Shown: positions 38,325-45,405 of the stretch, one piece after another
Numbering within the stretch: the stretch's first letter is position 1
Layout: every line of letters starts with the position of its first letter
Virus record (IMG/VR): IMGVR_UViG_3300009144_000037
DNA from: a virus
Reading direction: 5' to 3' (one strand)
Length of the DNA: 64,000 nt
Made by a program: the position numbers and the translations under genes
Notes under the pieces: model-generated
The model's input: only the letters and a program-made list of their open reading frames with translations
Told to the model about the DNA's origin: nothing
Database searches by the model: none

Positions 38325-39341
38325 TTACCCTTCTGCACCGAAGGTCTCCCTCCAGCGCTGGTCGATCTGATCCCGGACCTCCGGGATGATGTCGTGCTCG
38401 TCGAGCGCGGCGCGCGCGGCGGCCGTGGTGTCGAAGCCGTCCAGGGAGACCTCACCGGCGGGCTCTTCCTCGACCGGGCGCACGCGCTGAATGTCGAAAG
38501 ATAGACAGTCCGGGACTTCGCCCTCGAACTGCTCGCCCGGCTGGAGCTGGAGGCGGACGCAGACATTGCTGAGCGCTTGCGGATCGTCGACCAGCAAGTC
38601 CTCGAGGCCGTTGATGCAGAATGTCCGATACTGGACAGAGCCAGCACACTGGCCACCGTCCTCACCCTGCGCGTAGGGCTGCATGCTCCCCACGACCTCC
38701 ACCTCGACACCATCCCGTTTGAAGGTGGAGGGCAGATGGACGTGCCCGGTGTAGGCCTTGGTGATACCGAGGGCCGCCAGCTCCTTGGTCGGGATCAGGT
38801 TGTGGCTGGGCGACCGGGGATCGACGTCCCAGTGACCATAGGCGGTGGTGATCCCGACACTGATCCCCATCCTGTTGAAGGCACCCGCCATGTTGGCGGC
38901 AACCTCCAGCTGATCGGATGCGCTCTTGGTCGGGTGCCAGGGAAGCAGCAAGCCAACGCCGGCCACCGCGACCGGCTCGATTACGCACCGCACGTTCTGG
39001 ACGCCGCGCACCAACTGCCCGAACACGTCCCAGGCCGTCACCTCGGCGAGGTCCCGGCTGTCGTCGTGGTTGCCCTGCAGGAGGTAGAAGATGGTGCGCG
39101 GGTTCGCGTAGGCCGCCGCCATGTAGGCCTGGGCGGCGAACAGCAGGGTGTCGTAGTCGACCTGCGGCTTGTCGAAGAGGTCGCCGAGGCAGATGTGCGT
39201 GGACGCTCCCTTCGGGTCGAGGCGGCGGACGAAGTCCTCGCGCACTAGCTGCTCGCGTTGGCCCCGGCGCTCGACCGGCACGCCCTTGGTGAAGCGGCGC
39301 CCGAGATGAGGGTCACCGAGAATGACGGGTTTGGTGCTCAT
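38325..39341 (-). CDS. SbcD/Mre11-like metallophosphoesterase nuclease
   Basis: GDPHLG, GDLFD, GNHD, GHVH motifs; adjacent to SbcC-like. Confidence 0.9.
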   Translation of the reverse strand: MSTKPVILGDPHLGRRFTKGVPVERRGQREQLVREDFVRRLDPKGASTHICLGDLFDKPQVDYDTLLFAAQAYMAAAYANPRTIFYLLQGNHDDSRDLAEVTAWDVFGQLVRGVQNVRCVIEPVAVAGVGLLLPWHPTKSASDQLEVAANMAGAFNRMGISVGITTAYGHWDVDPRSPSHNLIPTKELAALGITKAYTGHVHLPSTFKRDGVEVEVVGSMQPYAQGEDGGQCAGSVQYRTFCINGLEDLLVDDPQALSNVCVRLQLQPGEQFEGEVPDCLSFDIQRVRPVEEEPAGEVSLDGFDTTAAARAALDEHDIIPEVRDQIDQRWRETFGAEG

Positions 39342-39994
39342 GACGCGAAGATCGCCCGGATCTGATAGAGGCAGTCGTGCAGCGCGTTGTGCGCGTCACC
39401 GACCGGCTCGATGGTCTTCCAGAAGTCGCGACGGTTCTCGTGACCACGGCCCAGCAGATAGCTGTTCAGGTCGATCGCCTCGCGATAGTGAAACGGCTGC
39501 ATCAGACCGTACTGGCGGAAGTACGACGCGATGAAGTTATAGTCGAAGGTCGTTGGCTTGCCCCAGAATGCTCGAGGGCAGAGGCTCGAACCTTCGGCGA
39601 CCCAGTCCCAGAAGGCCTTGATCACGATCGCGGACGGCTCGGCCCGCGAAAGGATGCCACGCAGCACGTCCGGCTGGCCCATCCACCAGTCCCGGGTGCT
39701 CTCCGACCAGTAGCGCCCCTCCGGCACGGTGAGGGCGCGATCGAAGAACCGATGGTCGATCTCCTTTGTGTGCCGGTTGAAGCGAACCGCGGCGATCTGA
39801 ATGATCGCGTTCTCCTCCGGGTTCGTCCCGGTGGTCTCGACGTCGATCATGTAGTCGAACATCGGCGCGCCAGGCTGGGGCATGAACGCCGTCCGGTGTT
39901 CGGTCTCGACAGGGATCTCGTGCGGACCCACTTGGACGATCTCCGTCACGGCCACTGTGGGCGGCTTCCCGCGGGGGTCAGCTCCGTCGAACAC
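39338..39994 (-). CDS. DEDDh 3'-5' exonuclease
   Basis: IDVETTG, FDY..I, HNALHDC. Confidence 0.85.
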   Translation of the reverse strand: MFDGADPRGKPPTVAVTEIVQVGPHEIPVETEHRTAFMPQPGAPMFDYMIDVETTGTNPEENAIIQIAAVRFNRHTKEIDHRFFDRALTVPEGRYWSESTRDWWMGQPDVLRGILSRAEPSAIVIKAFWDWVAEGSSLCPRAFWGKPTTFDYNFIASYFRQYGLMQPFHYREAIDLNSYLLGRGHENRRDFWKTIEPVGDAHNALHDCLYQIRAIFAS

Positions 39995-40410
39995 TTGAAC
40001 TCTCCCATCTCAGTCCAGGCCATGGACTTCCGGTCAGTCTTGCTTTCGTGCAGCCTGATCCACGCCATCGAGACGCAGTACCAGTCGCCGGTGCTCATTC
40101 GATGGATGAACACCCAGTATGCGCCCCCGGCCGCTACGATCTGAGCGCCGTGGGCATTCTGCCCCTTCTTCAGGAGCTTGAACTCGAAGAGCGTGTCGTG
40201 CTGCGTGCTCTTCACCTCGGCGAAGAACGTCTTGCCGCGCACGGCGCAGATGTAGTCGGCTGGCGTTGCATCGACGCCAGCACCGACCGAACCCGTGAGG
40301 CCCTTGATCGCGGCGGCGTCCTTGATGCGGTAGAAGTAACCCTGTTTCCCGAGCGCGTTGATGCTGCTCTCGAACAGGGCCTCCGTTGGCTTGCCGGTGT
40401 TCTTTTTCAT
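39946..40410 (-). CDS. Holliday junction resolvase-like PD-(D/E)xK nuclease
   Basis: GKPTE..FE, PADY, FFAEVKS. Confidence 0.75.
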   Translation of the reverse strand: MKKNTGKPTEALFESSINALGKQGYFYRIKDAAAIKGLTGSVGAGVDATPADYICAVRGKTFFAEVKSTQHDTLFEFKLLKKGQNAHGAQIVAAGGAYWVFIHRMSTGDWYCVSMAWIRLHESKTDRKSMAWTEMGEFKCSTELTPAGSRPQWP

Positions 40411-40425
40411 GGTACGTTTCGTACC
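40411..40425. promoter_or_regulatory. Box A GGTACG-TTT-CGTACC abutting the resolvase ATG
   Basis: Perfect palindrome. Confidence 0.8.
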
Positions 40426-40428
40426 TTG

Positions 40429-40465
40429 AGAAGCCGCCGACAGCAAGAGTCGGCGGCTTCTTTTT
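40429..40465 (+). terminator. Intrinsic terminator-like hairpin with U-tract on the + strand, against local transcription
   Basis: 13-bp stem AGAAGCCGCCGAC/GTCGGCGGCTTCT followed by TTTT. Confidence 0.7.
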
Positions 40466-40471
40466 CGGGGC

Positions 40472-40843
40472 TCAGACGATCGTGGGGATCTCGGGCTCGA
40501 GCTGGACCTGCACCATCGTGTAGATCTTGGTCACGTCGAGCGGGCCGGAGCCGGCCGCTGCGTCGGTGAGGCCCTGCACGACCGCGAGCGCCGAGTAGGG
40601 ACGGCCCTGGTTCATGGCGGCCTGGGCGCCGTAGCCGGTGACGAGGTTGATCAGGGCGTCGACCTGAACCATCTGCACCCGGGCCGGGCGCTTGGTGCCG
40701 TCGTCGAGAACGACCTCGACGTGCTCGCCGACGCGGACCTTCTCGAAGAGATCGGCGCCCTTCGTGAAGGTCGACATCGGCATGCCGCCCTGGAGGTACT
40801 CGACACTGGGCACCGAGAGTTGGGTAAGCTTCTTCTCAGCCAT
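40472..40843 (-). CDS. Hypothetical protein
   Basis: 123 aa, strong codon bias, SD GGAGG. Confidence 0.75.
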   Translation of the reverse strand: MAEKKLTQLSVPSVEYLQGGMPMSTFTKGADLFEKVRVGEHVEVVLDDGTKRPARVQMVQVDALINLVTGYGAQAAMNQGRPYSALAVVQGLTDAAAGSGPLDVTKIYTMVQVQLEPEIPTIV

Positions 40844-41114
40844 TGGTGGCCTCCTGCTGGATATGGCTCATGTGACGCTGAGCCTCGGGGGAAAGCATGG
40901 CGACGCGAGCCGCATCCATCGGCTGGTGCCGCAGGGCGCCGGGCGGGAAGGTGCCCGGGTTGCCGGTGAGCTGGAGGAGGTACATCAGCGCGATCTCCAG
41001 CACGTCGGTGGTGGTGATCCCGTTGCGCGGGCGGAAGAGCGCCGGCGGGGCGTTCTCCGCGGTCGGCATCACGACGTCGGCCTCCTCGGCTTCACGGTCG
41101 ATTTCGGTGGTCAT
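40836..41114 (-). CDS. Hypothetical protein
   Basis: ATG 41114 overlaps the ThyX stop. Confidence 0.65.
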   Translation of the reverse strand: MTTEIDREAEEADVVMPTAENAPPALFRPRNGITTTDVLEIALMYLLQLTGNPGTFPPGALRHQPMDAARVAMLSPEAQRHMSHIQQEATNG

Positions 41115-41986
41115 GCTCTCTCTCCGGGTAGGGTCTTGCGGTACTGGATCCAGCCCGGCCCGAGGTTCCCCGCCAGCTCGGGGTGAGCCCAGCTGCCGTC
41201 CGGCAGCTTGGTGTCGGGCGTGGCCTGGTGCTCGCACGGGCTGGCATGCATCGGGCGCGCGGCGATCAGCGCGTCGTGCCGGGCGACTTCCTCGGCGATA
41301 GTGAGCCGGGCCTCATGGAACGGCACGTAGCTGACCTGGGCGCACCGGGTGACGGAGCAGGCCCTCAACACGGCCCAGTCGAAGCCGGAGGGATCAGGGC
41401 CACGCTCGTCGTCCGAAATGTACGGAAGGTGCCACTCGCCTCGTTCCAGCTGCGTAGGCTCGATCAGCGCTTCCTTCATCGCGACCGCGAGGTCGCGGAT
41501 GTGGGGCTCGGCCGCCGGGTCGTCGCGGAGCGCGTCCCAGTTCGAGAGGTTCGTCGTGGTCAGCACCACGTCGATGTGCAGGAACGGGGCGAGGAGCCGG
41601 TTGCAGATCTGCTTGTGGTAGCCGGCGCGCATGTAGCGCTCGGCGTGCCGCACTGCGTCGTCTCGAGCTTCGAGCCAAGCCTCGTCCCGCGTGACGTCCG
41701 GCTCGTTGCCGGAGCCCTCGAGGAGCGCGTTGTGCTCCTCACCCGCCTGCATCCCCTTCTGGTTCCGCCCCCAGTACCGGGGGATGAACGGCGCCGTGCG
41801 GACCTCCTCCAGCATCCGGGCGGTCGGCACGGCCCGCGAGGACCGCGCGTTCCGGCTGAAGACCCGGTGGGTCATCAGCTCGGCGTGGATCTGGAGCGGG
41901 TAGCGCAGCTGGAAGCTGGTGATCGGCGGGGCATCGGGATGCCCCACCGATCTCCGCAACACCTTCGCAAGTATCTGACAGCTCAT
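41111..41986 (-). CDS. thyX: Flavin-dependent thymidylate synthase
   Basis: AELMTHRVFSRNARSSRA motif, NRLLAPF, HASPCEHQA. Confidence 0.9.
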   Translation of the reverse strand: MSCQILAKVLRRSVGHPDAPPITSFQLRYPLQIHAELMTHRVFSRNARSSRAVPTARMLEEVRTAPFIPRYWGRNQKGMQAGEEHNALLEGSGNEPDVTRDEAWLEARDDAVRHAERYMRAGYHKQICNRLLAPFLHIDVVLTTTNLSNWDALRDDPAAEPHIRDLAVAMKEALIEPTQLERGEWHLPYISDDERGPDPSGFDWAVLRACSVTRCAQVSYVPFHEARLTIAEEVARHDALIAARPMHASPCEHQATPDTKLPDGSWAHPELAGNLGPGWIQYRKTLPGERA

Positions 41987-42249
41987 TCCCTGTACCCCGC
42001 GAGCGTCTCCGAGACGCGCCCCTGGCTGACGTTGAAATGCTCAGCGATCTTCGACTGGACCAAGTCGGGAAAGCTGGCGGCGAACTTGCGGATCTGCGCT
42101 CGCAGCTCTGGCGTCATCCGCTCCGAGCTGACCGGAGCGCGACGTGTCGGTGGTCGACGACGAAGCTCGTCGGCGAGTTCTGCGAGCCGAGGGAGCCCGT
42201 GCGTCGCCGCCAGCTCCCTCAGCTCCTCGGCGATCTCCGGCGTCCTCAT
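41983..42249 (-). CDS. Small HTH DNA-binding protein
   Basis: QSKIAEHFNVSQGRVSETL HTH; ATG overlaps the RNR stop. Confidence 0.7.
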   Translation of the reverse strand: MRTPEIAEELRELAATHGLPRLAELADELRRRPPTRRAPVSSERMTPELRAQIRKFAASFPDLVQSKIAEHFNVSQGRVSETLAGYRE

Positions 42250-44273
42250 CGGATCGGGCACCCGCCGGTCGCGCACTCGCCCTGGTCGAGCAGCTCGGCG
42301 GACTTGTCCTCGGAGATGTCGATCGGTGAGAGCCGGCGCCGGTACGCTTCGTACCGCTCGCGCGAGACACACTCCTGCGGGAGGTACTTGAAGCCCAGCT
42401 CCTCCGCGGTGGCGAGCGGGTTGTTGCGCTTGAGGAATGACACGCCGACGTACTCGTCCCAATGCTCCATGAACCAGTCGACCATGGCCGGGATCTCGGC
42501 CTCGTCGAAGGACACCGTAATCGAGCAGTTGTGGTCGACGTAGTGCTTCATCAGGAGGCGGTAGCGCTCCAGCTGGCTGATGGCACTCTCTCGGTTCACC
42601 TCGAGGTGCTCACCCTCGACCAAGTCGATAGCGGTGAACTTCGACGACGCAGGATACTCGACGGGCCAGCAGACGATGACGCCGGTCGGGTCGTTCGGGT
42701 TCGGCTTCATGTCGTAGCCGGCGGCCCGGAAGGCGCCGAGCATCGGATCGTTCGATGGGAAGTTGATCCAGTTGAAGATCCAGCGGCTCAGGGCCAGGTG
42801 CGCGCCCTCGTGGACCTCGTCGCCCTCCAGGCCCAGGGCCTTGGACGACGTGCCGGCTGGCTGAACCTGCGTGACGCGCCGGGCGCGTGGAGCGCCGAAC
42901 TCGTCCGCCATGCTGTCGGCGCCCGACACCGCGGCATCGCGCGCGGCCTCGAGCATCTCGGGACTCTCGATCCCGTCCCAGGCCACCGCGCCGGTCGGGG
43001 AGACGCCGCAGAGGCGCAGGAGCTTCTGGGCGTCGTTCCACTGGAGCTGGAGCACGCCGTCACGCATCGACACGCAGGTCTGGCGGTAGTTCGCCCGGCC
43101 GGCGAGGTACTGAGCCCGCAGGAGCCCGGCGAGATCGCCGTTGAAGCGGTGCCAGACGACCTGCACGAGGTTGCAGAACCCCTTGTTCGGCAGGAGGATC
43201 TCCGCGCAGGGGTTGAGGCCCTCCATCTCCGGCGCGCGCCGCCGGGCATGCTCGACGTTGACGAAACCGGGTTCCCCTGTCGGGAGGATCCGCTTGAGGA
43301 GATAGCTCACTACGGGGGCGGTAGGCTTGCGAGTGAAGCCGATCGAGTTGTTCGACTGCTCCCGCTGCCCCTCGCCCCGCTGCCACCGATCGGTTTTGAA
43401 CTCGATGTACCACTCGAGGTCGGTGAGAAGCTCGTCCAGGTTGCTGGCCTCAGTCTCGATGAGACAGATCTGGGCCGACCGGCGGCTCGACAGGACGGTG
43501 CCGAGGAAATTGACGACGTCGATGATCTCACCCTTCGTCAGCGGTCGGTGCGCGGCTTCCTGGAGAATGCCGGCGATGCGCTCCAGAGCGGTCGCCAGCG
43601 GTTGCCAGCCCGACGAGATCCAGCCGTAGCCGCGGAGCCGCTTGCCGCCAGGGCGCAGCTCGGAGAAGTCGAGGATCAGCTCGCCGACCCGCGGCTTCTC
43701 ACCGAACAGCATGCCGAGCGCCTTCGCCCAGCCCTTGGCGCTGTCGCCGAAGGTGATGCGCCAGGTGCCGGCGGCCATATCGATGGACTCGGAGCTGTTC
43801 TCCTCGCCGCCTCGTCCGGTACGCGTGCTCGGCACCACGGTGATCTTCTTGATCGACGAGGGGAAGCCGGACAGGAGGCCGGTGACCGGCTTGAAGCCGA
43901 CACCGCACCCGTTCAGCAGCAGCCAGAAGATATCGACGAGGTCGGCGGGGGTGTAGGCGACGGAGAATGAGCAGTTGAACGCGCCGGCCGAGCGCTCCCG
44001 GACGAGCGCGGTGCCGCCCATCCACTTCACGCGGCCGGACATCGACACCTTCGCGGAGCGCATCAGCCCTTCGAGTTCGTCCAGCTCGGCGGACTCCTCG
44101 GTGTTCAGGTCGCGCCCGAGCTGCCGCTCCCAGAGCCACCGCTGGTGGCCGACGACCCGGCTCATTGCCTCGTCCACGGTCTCGAACCGAGTCCCCTCCT
44201 CGTTGAGGGGACGTAGGTAGGTGCGACGATGCGTGAACTGCGCGCGCACCGAGGGGGTGTGGTTCGACAACAT
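42246..44273 (-). CDS. nrdJ: Class II (adenosylcobalamin-dependent) ribonucleotide reductase, monomeric RTPR type
   Basis: AFNCS, GCGVGF, RRSAQI, NPCAEI, FCNLV, VQPAGTSS, HNCSIT, C-terminal CATGGCPIR. Confidence 0.92.
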   Translation of the reverse strand: MLSNHTPSVRAQFTHRRTYLRPLNEEGTRFETVDEAMSRVVGHQRWLWERQLGRDLNTEESAELDELEGLMRSAKVSMSGRVKWMGGTALVRERSAGAFNCSFSVAYTPADLVDIFWLLLNGCGVGFKPVTGLLSGFPSSIKKITVVPSTRTGRGGEENSSESIDMAAGTWRITFGDSAKGWAKALGMLFGEKPRVGELILDFSELRPGGKRLRGYGWISSGWQPLATALERIAGILQEAAHRPLTKGEIIDVVNFLGTVLSSRRSAQICLIETEASNLDELLTDLEWYIEFKTDRWQRGEGQREQSNNSIGFTRKPTAPVVSYLLKRILPTGEPGFVNVEHARRRAPEMEGLNPCAEILLPNKGFCNLVQVVWHRFNGDLAGLLRAQYLAGRANYRQTCVSMRDGVLQLQWNDAQKLLRLCGVSPTGAVAWDGIESPEMLEAARDAAVSGADSMADEFGAPRARRVTQVQPAGTSSKALGLEGDEVHEGAHLALSRWIFNWINFPSNDPMLGAFRAAGYDMKPNPNDPTGVIVCWPVEYPASSKFTAIDLVEGEHLEVNRESAISQLERYRLLMKHYVDHNCSITVSFDEAEIPAMVDWFMEHWDEYVGVSFLKRNNPLATAEELGFKYLPQECVSRERYEAYRRRLSPIDISEDKSAELLDQGECATGGCPIR
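42341..42355. promoter_or_regulatory. Box A GGTACG-CTT-CGTACC inside the nrdJ 3' end
   Basis: Perfect palindrome. Confidence 0.7.
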
Positions 44274-44321
44274 TCTGTGGGGGATCCGCTACTGAAGGGT
44301 CACACGATATGGGGTCGGTTT

Positions 44322-44336
44322 GGTACGTTTCGTACT
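44322..44336. promoter_or_regulatory. Box A variant GGTACG-TTT-CGTACT upstream of nrdJ
   Basis: One mismatch; overlaps the ligase stop. Confidence 0.7.
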
Positions 44337-45405
44337 AGTCCGGCCGGTCAAAATCGATGGCGACCGGGAAGCGCGGCATGCCGTCCGGGGTGGGCGTGAA
44401 GTAGCGGACCGTCACGATCTTCGGCTGCGGCCGAGCCAGCAGCTCGGCCATCTGCTCGCGCGTCCCACGAATGCCACCACCGCACTCCCGGCCGTCGTCG
44501 AGGCGGAAGCGGATCCGCTTCGCGAGCCCGGCCCAGTTGCCGTTCCCGGGCTCGACGGCGATCAGCTCGAACTCGCGGGTCTCGAACTCCTTCCGCTTCA
44601 GGAGTTGCTTCGAGCGCTTGTTCTCGTAGGGGCCATCGAGCCGAATGATCTGGCCCTCGTAGCCGGCCTCGAGATAGGTGCCGTAGGCCCGGTCGAGCTG
44701 CTCGATGGTCGCGACTGGAGAGGTCGGGACCTTCACGATCTCGTTGCCCGGCAGCTGCGCCACGAACAGATCGAGCATCTGGTCGCGCTGACTGAACGTC
44801 TTGTCCGTGAGGACGAGGTCGTAGACGTGGTACTGGACGAGCTTCGACGCCTCGAGGATGTCGTCGTCCTCGGGCTTCGACTTCCTCACCATCGAGACGA
44901 TCTTGTTGAAGTCGTCCTTCAGCTCGTGGTTGTACAGCTCGCCGTCGAACTCGAGATCCGGCTTGTTGACGAAGGCGGGGGCGAGGATGGCGAAGATGTG
45001 CGGGGCGCCCAGGATCGGCTTGCCCGTGCGGCTCCACATGCCGTGCCGGTTCACCTTGCACCGAATGCCGTCGAGCTTCGGCTGCGAAAAGCACTCGCCC
45101 GGCCACCCCTCGAACTTGTGGGCGAGCATGACCTTCGGTCCGAAGGACCGAGGCTCGTCGACACCGGCCTCGGTGACGGCGTAGTCCTTGTCGAGCTTCT
45201 TCCCCATCTCGGCCTCGGCCTCGAACAGGGCCTGCTCTTCGGCTGTGTCGCGGCTCTTGGGCACGCAGGTCGTCCAGCCGGACGTCACCACGGCCCCGCC
45301 GAGCACGCCGCTATGCGACCGCCACCGGTCGCCGTCGACTTCATAGTTCCAGGTACGTATCGTACCATTGGTGTCACGCTTGAAGATCCTCTTCCCCGTC
45401 GACAT
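44335..45405 (-). CDS. lig: ATP-dependent DNA ligase with N-terminal extension
   Basis: QPKLDGIR adenylation motif, FDGELY, YDLV, YEGQIIR, KRSKQLLKRK, C-terminal OB domain. Confidence 0.92.
   Translation of the reverse strand: MSTGKRIFKRDTNGTIRTWNYEVDGDRWRSHSGVLGGAVVTSGWTTCVPKSRDTAEEQALFEAEAEMGKKLDKDYAVTEAGVDEPRSFGPKVMLAHKFEGWPGECFSQPKLDGIRCKVNRHGMWSRTGKPILGAPHIFAILAPAFVNKPDLEFDGELYNHELKDDFNKIVSMVRKSKPEDDDILEASKLVQYHVYDLVLTDKTFSQRDQMLDLFVAQLPGNEIVKVPTSPVATIEQLDRAYGTYLEAGYEGQIIRLDGPYENKRSKQLLKRKEFETREFELIAVEPGNGNWAGLAKRIRFRLDDGRECGGGIRGTREQMAELLARPQPKIVTVRYFTPTPDGMPRFPVAIDFDRPD
45352..45366. promoter_or_regulatory. Box A GGTACG-TAT-CGTACC inside the ligase 5' end
   Basis: Perfect palindrome; uses the rare ATA codon. 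Confidence 0.75.
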
